Under the pieces are notes generated by a model, which worked only from the letters and a program-made list of their open reading frames with translations, did no database searches and was not told the origin of the DNA. Below are positions 19,699-29,578 of a stretch of 64,000 nucleotides of DNA, piece by piece (the stretch's first letter is position 1; the number at the start of each line of letters is the position of its first letter). The DNA lies in contig CAIOPG010000017.1 in NCBI GenBank assembly GCA_903860135.1, forward strand, positions 11,364 to 75,363, given 5' to 3'. This stretch comes from Candidatus Omnitrophota bacterium (GTDB lineage Bacteria > Omnitrophota > Gorgyraeia > Zapsychrales > Fredricksoniimonadaceae). The position numbers were made by a program, and so were the translations under genes.

Positions 19699-21348
19699 TT
19701 ACTCCTTGCGGTTCCGGTATTTTTCGGTCACCTTAAACTCCATATATCTCCCGAGCATCAGCCGCGTCTGCGCGTCGATCGCCGGTATAGAGCTGAGGGC
19801 CAGGATAACCACCGGAATGGCCAGCCAGTCAAATAAATGCAACAGCTTCTGCCGGAACCGGAGGCGTATCGTACTTGTTGATAAGAGTTCAATGCTGATC
19901 ACCATGCACACAACCAGTCCTGCCAGCGAAAGGCTGAAAATGATGTCCTTGATCCTTGGCGCCATGTAGTACATGGTCGTTGTGCCGAATTCCCGTCCGG
20001 CGAAGAAAGCCGGGAACAAATTAATAATGACCAGCAGGAACGATAGTGTTGCCCAGGATATGAACATGTCAAACAAGCGGAAGCTGAACATGACCTTCTT
20101 GTACAGCGATATGCCCGGCGACTGAAGGAAAGCGCGCATGACAATGGGCAGATTCTCAACACCCCAGGCCCAGCGGCGTTTTTGTTTGTAAATATTGATG
20201 AAAGTACCCAGCGATGTCTGCCCGCCGGCGATATCCATGGAGACCGTGGTGTAGATCGGAACAACCTGATAATTCCCGTCGTAATGAATGAATGATTTCC
20301 AGAAAATAGCCGAATCATCGGAGATCATGTCCACGGGCCAGTACCCCACTTCAACGAGAGCCTTGAAACTCATGCTGTGGCTTGAAAATGTCACCAGCTT
20401 TTCAGGGTTGGTGCACTCGACCAGCTGAAAGAATGAAGCCCCGATATCAATGACACGGGCAAAGCCCGGCACATCCCACAGATTGTTGTAATAGACCGGA
20501 ATGGGTTGATAACTGGCACGGGTACGCGAAGGCGTGATCATAAAATAATACGTCAGGCAGGCCAAATAGTCCCGGTGCGCCACCGTGTCGGCATCAAAGC
20601 AAGACACGATCACGTGCTCGAACGGGATGCCCTTGTCTGTCAACCATTGCCCGGCATGCCTGGCCGCCCAGGTCGCATTAGCACCCTTGACCCGTGACTC
20701 ACCCTCGATATCGGCCGGGTGTTCGACAACAAGAAAAGCCATGAACCTGGCGGCATACAACGCCTTCAGCGCATACACATCACGTTTAACCTCTGCCGAG
20801 GCTCTGGCCTCGAGTGCCACAACAAAGACCACACGATCCGTCGGATAAACACCAGCCGCAAGCCCGCGGATGCCGGGTTCGATCACATGACGTGATTCGC
20901 GGGCGACCGGAAGGATGATCACATGATGAATACGCGCTACGTCGGGTGGACACGCACCGGTCTTTCTTAACGCAGCTATTTGATTGCGGCGGATCCGCCG
21001 GGCTATATGTTGGCGCGGCGTGAGCGGAACTTTAGAACGTACCGCCAGCGTCTGCAGCAGGCTGTCGAGATCATGCATGCCGTTGATCAAACGCATCCAT
21101 TCTGTTTCTTTCTCAATGGCCAGCCGGGAATACGACACCCCCAGGAAGAAATTCATGTAAATAAGGCGCAAGACCCAGTAAAGCACAAACGCCACCATGA
21201 CCGCAGCCGCCCAAAGTGGCTGCGCCACCGACACGATGGCCATGCCCAGAATGATGCCCCAAGATAAAGCACCTGGCGCGATCTCGAAAAACCGCTCGAT
21301 ACGTTTTTCCTGACTATTCAGGTTATGACGGGAATAATTAAAAAGCAT
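19699..21348 (-). CDS. Processive family-2 glycosyltransferase (cellulose/chitin/hyaluronan-synthase-like), integral membrane
   Basis: N- and C-terminal TM segments. DAD (DxD) motif in SCFDADTV and the Q(x)xRW motif in KQKRRWAWG, characteristic of processive GT2 synthases. Confidence 0.85.
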   Translation of the reverse strand: MLFNYSRHNLNSQEKRIERFFEIAPGALSWGIILGMAIVSVAQPLWAAAVMVAFVLYWVLRLIYMNFFLGVSYSRLAIEKETEWMRLINGMHDLDSLLQTLAVRSKVPLTPRQHIARRIRRNQIAALRKTGACPPDVARIHHVIILPVARESRHVIEPGIRGLAAGVYPTDRVVFVVALEARASAEVKRDVYALKALYAARFMAFLVVEHPADIEGESRVKGANATWAARHAGQWLTDKGIPFEHVIVSCFDADTVAHRDYLACLTYYFMITPSRTRASYQPIPVYYNNLWDVPGFARVIDIGASFFQLVECTNPEKLVTFSSHSMSFKALVEVGYWPVDMISDDSAIFWKSFIHYDGNYQVVPIYTTVSMDIAGGQTSLGTFINIYKQKRRWAWGVENLPIVMRAFLQSPGISLYKKVMFSFRLFDMFISWATLSFLLVIINLFPAFFAGREFGTTTMYYMAPRIKDIIFSLSLAGLVVCMVISIELLSTSTIRLRFRQKLLHLFDWLAIPVVILALSSIPAIDAQTRLMLGRYMEFKVTEKYRNRKE

Positions 21349-21352
21349 ACGT

Positions 21353-22774
21353 TCATGTCCTCTTGTTCAGGAACTGATCAACAACGCTCTCGTCAGGGAC
21401 CAGCTGAACCTTCTCGAACAAACCCTGTTCGTTGATATAATACAGCCACCCTGTGTCAGGGTTGTACGCGATCGAAGAGCCTTTGCGAATAGCCGTAATA
21501 AATTCGTTGTGATCCCCGCCTTCGGGTTCAACCTCAATGAAATAAACCCTGTCATTATCGTTGCAAATGATGTGCGTTGCGGCATCGCCCCAGAAACACT
21601 GTTTAATGTCCTGGCCGCCGCTGAATACGACCTTCGTCGCCGGAGACTTGACAGCAGAAGCATCTGCAGGCCCGGGATCAACAAGCATAACGGCCGAAGA
21701 ATTCCAGTACATGAACATTTTGGCCCGCGCATGAAAAGCCATGCCCTTGACGCCTTTGTCAACGATCTGATAAGGAAAATCATTGAACAGGAGACTGCCG
21801 TCCTCACCGAGAAGGAAGATCAGCTTCTCTTCAGCGGGAGCCGATATATGATAAAAAGTATTCTTGTCCAGGAGAGCCTTGTCAAAATGATGCCCCTCCA
21901 GGAATGATTCTGTTTTGGTTTTATCACGCCCATATTTGATAAAACGGTTATCCGCCGTCATGAGATAAACCCGGTTATTATGAAACCCGACCCCCTTGAC
22001 CCCGTTGATATCACGCGGATAAATAACACCAGCCTCAATATCCACACGATCAATGTAATTGGTATACACCGCAAAGAGTTCATTGGTGTTCGACGGATCC
22101 CATTCGATCAGCAGGGGGTCTTTGAGGAAAAACCTGGTAATGTCGGCGAAGACCGGTCTTCCTCCCTTGAGCATCACCCACAAATATTTTCTCTCGAGCA
22201 AGCCACCGCCGTAAATGATGAATGAACGGCTGTTCTCTTGATGGGACAACGAGAGCACCGGAAAATCAAACCAAGGGGATCCCGGTTCAAGCAGTGGCAT
22301 TGATTTATCATTTTTTAAATTATACACCTCAATGCCGCCAAGATCATTGCCCCTGGACAATAAAAGAAAATCAGTGCCTGGCATCGGGAATAATTGACGG
22401 AACGCTCCCTTCAAGGGTGCTTGGGGCAAAAGATCATTGGGCAAAAGAAGGGCTTTTTCAAAGACCGAGGCCTTGCCTGCCCTGACAGCTACAGACTGCG
22501 TCCACGGCCGATGCCCGGGCATGGAAAGCGTCACACGGTAATCCCCAGGGCGCAGCTGGTCGATCGTCGCAGGTGTTTTACGGACAAACCGGCGATGCTC
22601 CAGATAAATAACCGCCCCCGGCGGTATCGAAGACAAATGGATAAGCCCTGTGCGCTCAACTTCGCGCGTGAAAGGGTCAAAGATATACCCCGAAGCATAC
22701 AGCAGAAGCCCCGGGCATAAGATCAGGTAGATCAAAAGAAAAAGATAGAATAGGATGCGGCGCACGATCAACAC
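21353..22774 (-). CDS. Membrane-anchored PEGA-domain protein with C-terminal beta-rich domain
   Basis: N-terminal TM helix, then a PEGA-like segment (IPPGAVIYLEHRRF...PGDYRVTLSMPGHRPW). It is 4 bp upstream of the GT2 start, so probably co-transcribed. Confidence 0.7.
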   Translation of the reverse strand: MLIVRRILFYLFLLIYLILCPGLLLYASGYIFDPFTREVERTGLIHLSSIPPGAVIYLEHRRFVRKTPATIDQLRPGDYRVTLSMPGHRPWTQSVAVRAGKASVFEKALLLPNDLLPQAPLKGAFRQLFPMPGTDFLLLSRGNDLGGIEVYNLKNDKSMPLLEPGSPWFDFPVLSLSHQENSRSFIIYGGGLLERKYLWVMLKGGRPVFADITRFFLKDPLLIEWDPSNTNELFAVYTNYIDRVDIEAGVIYPRDINGVKGVGFHNNRVYLMTADNRFIKYGRDKTKTESFLEGHHFDKALLDKNTFYHISAPAEEKLIFLLGEDGSLLFNDFPYQIVDKGVKGMAFHARAKMFMYWNSSAVMLVDPGPADASAVKSPATKVVFSGGQDIKQCFWGDAATHIICNDNDRVYFIEVEPEGGDHNEFITAIRKGSSIAYNPDTGWLYYINEQGLFEKVQLVPDESVVDQFLNKRT

Positions 22775-22777
22775 GTA

Positions 22778-24430
22778 TCAAGCACCCTTTCGTTGTACAA
22801 CCTGAGGCGGCACCGTGATCCTGACCACAAAAGCATCGCCCACCTTGGCCAGCAATTCCGCAGGGAATCCGTTCCGGCGGCAAGCTGCTTCAAGGCTCTC
22901 CCATGTATGATCATTGACGATCCCATAACTGACCGGCTGGCCCTGCAAGAAAGCAAACAGCTTCTCATCCGTATTCAGGTCAGGCACAGGGTGCGGGCTG
23001 AAGAAATTGGCATTACTGAAATTCAACAGGACCACATCCCTGCCGGAATAATACTTCACCGCCCGTATAAAGAACTTCGACGCCATGATCTTCCCGTCCA
23101 TCGCGGGCTGCTGCATCAAATAGGCCACGGCGGCCTGCGATGAAACATAAGGATCGATCTGCCGGCTTGCCGTTAATGCCAGGAACAGGAGCAAGGGCAC
23201 CTGCAACCCGAAAAGATAAACAGCGCGGCGGATATTATTTTGCAGAAACAGACTGCCGATGATCACAAGAAAAAGTATCTCAACCATCATGATAGCGCCA
23301 AGATGCAACGGTTCCGGAAGGTACGCAGGATATTTTTCACCCGCCACAAAGATCAATACCGGGACGAACAAAAAGAACACAAATGTCGTTACCTCCATCC
23401 AGCCAGGGCGCTTGAGTTGATCCAGCCGCTCCGTCAAATACGGACCGGCCAGCAATGCCAGCGCAGGGAACAAAGGAAAAATATAACTCACCAGCTTGGA
23501 ATGCGCCGGCTGAAAAACAACCAGCACCACGACGATCCATACCAAAAGGAACTGCTCGAATGGCTCTGCTTTTTTATCCAGTGAAGCTTTGATCGCCATC
23601 CATAGTGAAACGGCAACAGCGAGGATCCAGGGAAACATACAGCCGAGCATGGCTCCCGGATAAAAATACCAGCGGTCATTGGACCTGTGCTCCGCCGATA
23701 GCAAGCGCCGCCAGTGATCATTATAAAAAAATTCATGCGTGAACCCGTGGCCATAAAGTTTGCACATGAGCGCGTACCATGGCAAGGCGATCACAACCCC
23801 CATGAACAAGCCGATCCAGAAAGCTTTTGTTAACAGGAATTTCTGCTCCCCCCGCCATAAGAGGAAGATCAGGACCGTTATCAGCGGGATGGCAAAACCC
23901 AAAGGCCCTTTGGTCAGTACCGCCAGCGCCGCAAAAACATGGAACAAGATAAGCCCGATCGTCTTACGTCCCGGCGACCGATAAGCGGCATAGAACGCCG
24001 TGAGTGCCAGCAAAATAAAGACAGAAAAGATCATGTCGGTGAACACGGTCTTGGCCAGTCCGATATAAAGGGCCGAAGTCATGAGGATAAAAGCCCCCAT
24101 GAACGCTTTGCGCTGGTCGGCATGAAACAAGCGGCCCAGAAAATACACGGTCAACACGCCCAACAGCGCGAACAAGGCCGGAAAAAATCGGGCGGCAAAC
24201 GGCGTCTGCCCAAACATTAGAAAACCGGCACGGATCAGATCATACGTCAGGACAGGCTTTTCAAACTGCGGTTGACCAAATATATACGGCGTTACCCATG
24301 TCCCGGCTGTCGCCATTTCCTTGGCCGTTCCGGCATAGAAAACCTCGTCAGGATTTGTTAATGGAAGAACATTATTCCCACCGAAGAAAATAACAGCCGC
24401 CAATAAAGACAGGATGATGATATGCCGCAT
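22778..24430 (-). CDS. GT39-family (ArnT/PMT-like) polyprenyl-phosphate-sugar-dependent glycosyltransferase, GT-C fold
   Basis: N-terminal NPDEVFYAGTAKEMATAGTWVTPYIFGQPQFEKPVL matches the ArnT/PMT first periplasmic loop (DE..Y..A.EM...G.W..P..G.PYF.KPPL). Multi-TM, 550 aa. Confidence 0.8.
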   Translation of the reverse strand: MRHIIILSLLAAVIFFGGNNVLPLTNPDEVFYAGTAKEMATAGTWVTPYIFGQPQFEKPVLTYDLIRAGFLMFGQTPFAARFFPALFALLGVLTVYFLGRLFHADQRKAFMGAFILMTSALYIGLAKTVFTDMIFSVFILLALTAFYAAYRSPGRKTIGLILFHVFAALAVLTKGPLGFAIPLITVLIFLLWRGEQKFLLTKAFWIGLFMGVVIALPWYALMCKLYGHGFTHEFFYNDHWRRLLSAEHRSNDRWYFYPGAMLGCMFPWILAVAVSLWMAIKASLDKKAEPFEQFLLVWIVVVLVVFQPAHSKLVSYIFPLFPALALLAGPYLTERLDQLKRPGWMEVTTFVFFLFVPVLIFVAGEKYPAYLPEPLHLGAIMMVEILFLVIIGSLFLQNNIRRAVYLFGLQVPLLLFLALTASRQIDPYVSSQAAVAYLMQQPAMDGKIMASKFFIRAVKYYSGRDVVLLNFSNANFFSPHPVPDLNTDEKLFAFLQGQPVSYGIVNDHTWESLEAACRRNGFPAELLAKVGDAFVVRITVPPQVVQRKGA

Positions 24431-24453
24431 ATAACCCTTTCCATTTATTCCAG

Positions 24454-25098
24454 CTACCGTAGTTTTCGCCCAAGAAGATACAGCGGCACCGCCTTGCCCG
24501 CAAAATTTTCCATATAGCTTCTTTGCCCCTGAAACAAAAGCACGAAGCCGTTCTTTTGAAAAAAGTCAGCGCCAGCCGATGACATGGTGCCCAGATGAAC
24601 CCCCTTCACCCCTGCTTGCGTGAAAGCTTCCACCAGTGTCCGGATCAAAGCCCCTCCTGCCCCATGCCCCCGACGATCCGCCTTGAGGTTAATATGAAGG
24701 ACCGCCGGATAATCTTCGCTGAAAGACGGCATAAAAAACTCACCCTTTAGAAAACTGGCGGCAAGACCGCCGAGCAACTTCATATTTCTGGGACGCAACA
24801 GGAGCCCCTGGCCCAGGGCATCAACACAAAGGCCGGGAATGATCTTGGTCCAAACAACCCTGTCCATTTTCTTCTCGTCCCTGGCCCCCAGAATATATCC
24901 GGCAACAACCCCGTCCACTTCAAACACCCAGATGCTTTCGGGTTCATGATCCGTAAAATACAGTGTTAATGCATCTTTCAAGAATTCCTGGCCTTCAAAG
25001 AAAACAGCGGCACTGGCGCCCATAAACGCGGTTTCAAAGGCAATCTGCCGGACAGCACTGCGGTCAGTCAACCGGTAAGGACGGATCACCGGATTCAT
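24454..25098 (-). CDS. GNAT-family N-acetyltransferase
   Basis: Acetyl-CoA binding region ...HINLKADRRGHGAGGALI... (R/Q-x-x-G-x-G/A). 214 aa. Overlaps the upstream PIG-L gene by 4 bp. Confidence 0.75.
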   Translation of the reverse strand: MNPVIRPYRLTDRSAVRQIAFETAFMGASAAVFFEGQEFLKDALTLYFTDHEPESIWVFEVDGVVAGYILGARDEKKMDRVVWTKIIPGLCVDALGQGLLLRPRNMKLLGGLAASFLKGEFFMPSFSEDYPAVLHINLKADRRGHGAGGALIRTLVEAFTQAGVKGVHLGTMSSAGADFFQKNGFVLLFQGQRSYMENFAGKAVPLYLLGRKLR

Positions 25099-26483
25099 GG
25101 CAGTTCCAAGACGCGCCAGGCGGTTTCATCAAGGGTCAGATCATAAACAGCCGTCTTGGCACAACTGAACACGTATTGCGGATCACCGAGCAAAGATAAC
25201 GGCACCTTGAAGATCATTTCCTTGCCTTTATCCAGAAAAATAACTTCAGCTGAAGCAATCGTGCGTTTCTTATCTTTAACATGAAACCCGTTCAGGCCGA
25301 CAATGAGGCTGATCTTGGGCATTTGGCCGTAAGGCGTTTGACGGCTGTACCCCATCAGGGAAACCGACATCCCCAGGTCTTTATCCATCACCCGTTTGAG
25401 AACGACGCGGATGACCAGGTAATTTCCCTGCCGCGCATAAGCAAGCTGGGTAAAATGTTCGGTTTCAGCACTCTTGACACGATTTTTGACAGAGGCATGA
25501 ATAGCAAGATCCGTCCAGGACAACTCGGTATCTGACGCCAGCTGACGCGGCAGAACGATCGCAGGGAAATTACCAAAGATCTCGTTCCGTCGGGCAAAAG
25601 TGACCAGGTAACGCGGCGCATATTTGATCTGGGAAGGATACTCCAGTATGGCATCAAATTTCTTTCCGATCTCCGATGTGTCCAGCGGCTGCTCGATCCA
25701 CCTGATCCCTTTCTTGTCAAAGCCCGGAGGGATTGACAACTGAAGTTCAGGATGATACCCCCGCAGTAACGGCCACCCGGCCACATGAATGATATAGGGA
25801 AATACCTCGGGAGGCGCGATGCCCATCTGCGTGGCGAGGTCCCATAGTGCCACCTGCATAAAAAGATAAAGCGCGCGATGATCCCTGTTCACATCAGCCG
25901 GATGCGACACAAATATCTTGGTCGGCTTAAACGCGGCAATGACCTGTTCCAGATCTTTGAGGATATTTTCTCCAACATACGCCGCGCCCGGTGAAACCGC
26001 TTCCTGATACGGGACTTTATTGACCCTAGAAAGCATACTGCGAAAAGGCTTTGTTTCCCCCCAGTATTTCAGGAAGATCTCCATCGTGCCGTAATCTGGA
26101 TAGCCCAGAGAAATAATATCTTCAGGGCGTACACCCAGCACGCGCATGGCATCGACGCTTTCCTGACGGCGCACCTCGCCCAGGCGAAGAAATTCTTTGG
26201 GTTTAAGCACAAGCCGCCGCTCGTACACAATAAAAGCGAACTCATTATTCTCGCCATTGGTGAAAAGGCATACCCGCGTAGCGGCACCGGCTTTCAGGGC
26301 CTGTTGCAATACCCCACCGGTAGCGATGGTCTCATCATCCGGGTGCGGCGCAAGGACAAGCACCCGGTCGGCCGCAGAAAAGCTGATAGCCGACGGCAAT
26401 GCCTCGGCATCCTGGGCATAGCCCGGGACACCCATGAAATAGACCGAACATAAAATAAATAAAGCAATTTTGCAAAAGGACAT
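25095..26483 (-). CDS. Exported PIG-L/LmbE-family de-N-acetylase with C-terminal extra domain
   Basis: Signal peptide MSFCKIALFILCSVYFMGVPGYAQDA. LVLAPHPDDETIATGG is the PIG-L (A/S)HPDDE zinc-deacetylase signature. 462 aa. Confidence 0.8.
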   Translation of the reverse strand: MSFCKIALFILCSVYFMGVPGYAQDAEALPSAISFSAADRVLVLAPHPDDETIATGGVLQQALKAGAATRVCLFTNGENNEFAFIVYERRLVLKPKEFLRLGEVRRQESVDAMRVLGVRPEDIISLGYPDYGTMEIFLKYWGETKPFRSMLSRVNKVPYQEAVSPGAAYVGENILKDLEQVIAAFKPTKIFVSHPADVNRDHRALYLFMQVALWDLATQMGIAPPEVFPYIIHVAGWPLLRGYHPELQLSIPPGFDKKGIRWIEQPLDTSEIGKKFDAILEYPSQIKYAPRYLVTFARRNEIFGNFPAIVLPRQLASDTELSWTDLAIHASVKNRVKSAETEHFTQLAYARQGNYLVIRVVLKRVMDKDLGMSVSLMGYSRQTPYGQMPKISLIVGLNGFHVKDKKRTIASAEVIFLDKGKEMIFKVPLSLLGDPQYVFSCAKTAVYDLTLDETAWRVLELP

Positions 26484-26552
26484 AGTAATATCGAATATTG
26501 TTTTTTGAATCCGTTATTTTAACGATTCCCCCTCATTTTTACCACTACTATC

Positions 26553-27674
26553 TCAATCTCTGCTCCGGGGACGTTCTGCTGACTGGTGCGGAAGTGTCAG
26601 GCTTTCTGCCAGGGCTGGATTATCTTTCAAATTACCATAATAAAAAACAAGGCAGGCCCGGGCGCCTGATTGCTCACAAACGCTGAACTGCTCGCCAAAA
26701 ATAGCCGGTGTTTTAATGAATTTATAAGCCCCGACACACATATTAACCTTCGTGAAATCAACCACATGCTCCCGCACCTCGGCCATTTGCTCGATAAAGT
26801 CCGGCACATTATCCGGATAACTCATCACCGAAACAAATTCGACAAGGCCATCATTGACCCAGGAAGGCCAGTCCTGAAAAGCCTCATGATACGCCCTGAA
26901 GTATGACATGCACCCCGTCGTGGAAATATGAATATCCGGATGAATGGCCCGGGCTCGGGCAACGAGCTGACGAAGAAGTCCCGTCACCTGGGCGCGTTTC
27001 CAGTTTTGCCACGCCGGGGTTGCCTCACGGAAAGACATGACCCGCACAACTTTCCTGAAACGTTCCAGATTGGCGCACGTATACCCGTAAGCCGGTTTTG
27101 CGTCTGGATAACGGATATAATCAAATTGGATACCATCGAGCTGAGGATACCGCAGCAACAATTCACCGGTCATCGCCTCCAGTTCCTTGCGCACACGCGG
27201 ATCCCCCGGTTCAAGGAAATATTGGCCGTCGATCTTGTAATCCTCCAGCTTTTTCTTGGCGACCACATTTCTGGTCAGGATCCGACAGCCATACTTCTTT
27301 AACAAAGGTGCCTGCGTATTGGTACTGAGGCTCAGCAAGTTGACCCACGCATGCACCTCGATGCCCGCCGCATGCGCTTTACGGATGAACAAGGCAACAG
27401 GATCTTCTCCCACAGCCTCTAAGGCACGCGCATAAGGTGCCGCATCGCCAACGCGCGAAGGAAACCATGCCTGATTTGCCCGGTAGACTTGCAGAAAAAC
27501 GACCGTTATCCGCGCTTGCCTGGCCAATGCCACCACATCGTCCATCGCCTGTCGACTTGAAAGTACGGGCTTCTTTTCAATAAGGCTGACAAAAATACCT
27601 CGCCCTGTGGCTGTACCCGCCTGCGCTGTCCCGGCGATAAGTATGAGGGTGCTCACCATGATGGCTCCCACCAT
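26553..27674 (-). CDS. GHL10/UPF0748 (YddW-like) putative glycoside hydrolase, exported
   Basis: TIM-barrel-like motifs (VVFLQVYRANQAWFPS, GIEVHAWVN). The start was moved to the internal Met (MVGAIMVSTLILIAGTAQAG) that gives a signal peptide. Confidence 0.6.
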   Translation of the reverse strand: MVGAIMVSTLILIAGTAQAGTATGRGIFVSLIEKKPVLSSRQAMDDVVALARQARITVVFLQVYRANQAWFPSRVGDAAPYARALEAVGEDPVALFIRKAHAAGIEVHAWVNLLSLSTNTQAPLLKKYGCRILTRNVVAKKKLEDYKIDGQYFLEPGDPRVRKELEAMTGELLLRYPQLDGIQFDYIRYPDAKPAYGYTCANLERFRKVVRVMSFREATPAWQNWKRAQVTGLLRQLVARARAIHPDIHISTTGCMSYFRAYHEAFQDWPSWVNDGLVEFVSVMSYPDNVPDFIEQMAEVREHVVDFTKVNMCVGAYKFIKTPAIFGEQFSVCEQSGARACLVFYYGNLKDNPALAESLTLPHQSAERPRSRD

Positions 27675-27723
27675 GCCTTGGGCCCCGTAGCCGTTGGCGG
27701 GATACTTGGCATGAACAGGACGA

Positions 27724-29520
27724 TTATTTAACAGGAACATCACGCCCCAGCTTACGCTGAATGTCCCGGATCATCCCACTAAAACGTGCGTCCGCAGGCG
27801 CCAGTGCCAGGCCCTTTTCAAGCCAGGCAAGGCTTTCGGCGTAACGCGCTTCATTGGCCAGCATAACGCCCAGCAGTAAATAGGGCTCAAGGTACTGCGG
27901 ATCCATCGCCTGACACCGTTCAAGCATGGTCCTGGTCTTTCCGGAAATTCCATTGTCAAAAAAGATATAACATAGTTGAAAAAGATCCTGCTGACTTGTT
28001 CCTTCGCGGACAAGCGTGCGCATGATCTCATCTGCCAGGGCAACATCCCCATTCTTTTCATACGCCACTGCCAGCTTGCAAAGAAGAATACGTTTTTCAG
28101 GCGCGCGTTTTTCAGAACGCACCAGCAGTTTGATCACACGGATAGCTCTGGCATTGGCATTGATCTTCAAATGCCAGTCCGCCAGGAATGACATTTGTGA
28201 AATAAGCGGTTCCTGGATCTCCATATCTTTTTCAAAAGAAAAAAGCCCCTCGAGGGTTTCCAGAGCGATCGTATTGTTCGGGGACTTATTCAACCAGTTA
28301 AGGCAATAACTGATATCATTGCGCCCGACGGGAATATGCCGGAATGTCATGGCAAGCAAAAAGATCGTAATAGCCGTAATAAAAGTAACAAAAAGATACT
28401 TGTTACAAAACCCCTGCATCCGCTGGATCGCTGACGCCACGATCAGGAAAAACCCGATAGACGAAAAGTAAAACCAGTAGGGTTCAACCACAAACCCCAT
28501 CTGCGGACGGCATATCGATCCGGGGATAACAAATAAAAGTCCACTCATAAAGACGGCCAGTCCTAGGCCTTCCGTATTCGGCTTGGGGTTACGCCATATC
28601 AGCCAGCAAAAACTAGCCGTAAAAGAAACGCATGCCATATTCCATAGCCAGATAAAGCTCTTGACCGGTAGCATATTGAACATAAAAACAATATCAGTCG
28701 GGAGGAAAAGATTGCTGATATACCACTTGATCAAAATAAAGAAATTCGCCACAAAAACCCAAAAGGTCAAATGAAAAGAATGCGCCCTTTCGAGCATGCT
28801 CGTCTTTGAACCAGCCAACCACAACCACGTAATGACACATACCCCTGTCAACAAGATGAACGGCAGGCAAAGGCGCAGGGTTTTCTTGACATCAGCAGTC
28901 CTGTAATAAAGAAAAGCAGCGGCATAAAAGATAAAAAACCACGAAACCTCCTGAAACAAAAGCGCGACAAAGAATGACGCAAGGCTCAGCCCATAAAAAA
29001 CATGGTTCTTGCTTTGTTCAATATGTTTGTACAGAGCGATGAGGCTTAATTCCATGAAAATGACACTGAACAGGATATTATTGAATGCAATATGCATCAT
29101 CACTTCAGCACTCATGGGATGCATACAAAAAAGCAGGCTTGTGCCCAGCGCGACAAAATATTGCCGGGTGAAAAGGAAGATAACAACGAACAATAAATAA
29201 CAATTAATGAAGAAAAGAAAGATATTGATACCATACAGCGGCCCCGCCTCTTTAAAAAGAGAAAAAAGAATGCCGTTGGTCAAATTATACAGGGGTTCGA
29301 AATGATGCGTGCGGGCAAAAATAAGCCCCGGCTCCCTGAATATCCGGGATACTTCATGAAAACGCAGAAAAAAGAAATCATCCCCCAGGAATTGATGCTG
29401 CAAGACCGGGGTGTACACTAAAAGGCACAGGACAAATAACAATGCCGCGGGCAAAAATATTTTTATTCTTTCACTAATAAACATGGGTGTCAGTATATTA
29501 CATTGCACCCGCTTGTCCAA
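27724..29520 (-). CDS. Polytopic membrane protein with C-terminal TPR repeats (TMTC/PMT-like GT-C candidate)
   Basis: Roughly 11 predicted TM segments in the N-terminal 430 aa. C-terminal TPR-like repeats (…KLAVAYEKNGDVALADEIM…YLLLGVMLANEARYAESLAWLEKGLALAP). GC is about 38-42%. Confidence 0.75.
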   Translation of the reverse strand: MDKRVQCNILTPMFISERIKIFLPAALLFVLCLLVYTPVLQHQFLGDDFFFLRFHEVSRIFREPGLIFARTHHFEPLYNLTNGILFSLFKEAGPLYGINIFLFFINCYLLFVVIFLFTRQYFVALGTSLLFCMHPMSAEVMMHIAFNNILFSVIFMELSLIALYKHIEQSKNHVFYGLSLASFFVALLFQEVSWFFIFYAAAFLYYRTADVKKTLRLCLPFILLTGVCVITWLWLAGSKTSMLERAHSFHLTFWVFVANFFILIKWYISNLFLPTDIVFMFNMLPVKSFIWLWNMACVSFTASFCWLIWRNPKPNTEGLGLAVFMSGLLFVIPGSICRPQMGFVVEPYWFYFSSIGFFLIVASAIQRMQGFCNKYLFVTFITAITIFLLAMTFRHIPVGRNDISYCLNWLNKSPNNTIALETLEGLFSFEKDMEIQEPLISQMSFLADWHLKINANARAIRVIKLLVRSEKRAPEKRILLCKLAVAYEKNGDVALADEIMRTLVREGTSQQDLFQLCYIFFDNGISGKTRTMLERCQAMDPQYLEPYLLLGVMLANEARYAESLAWLEKGLALAPADARFSGMIRDIQRKLGRDVPVK

Positions 29521-29578
29521 TAAAAAGGACGATCTTGTTCATCTGGTTAGCCGGCCTTAAGAAAACTCCCCTTATATC

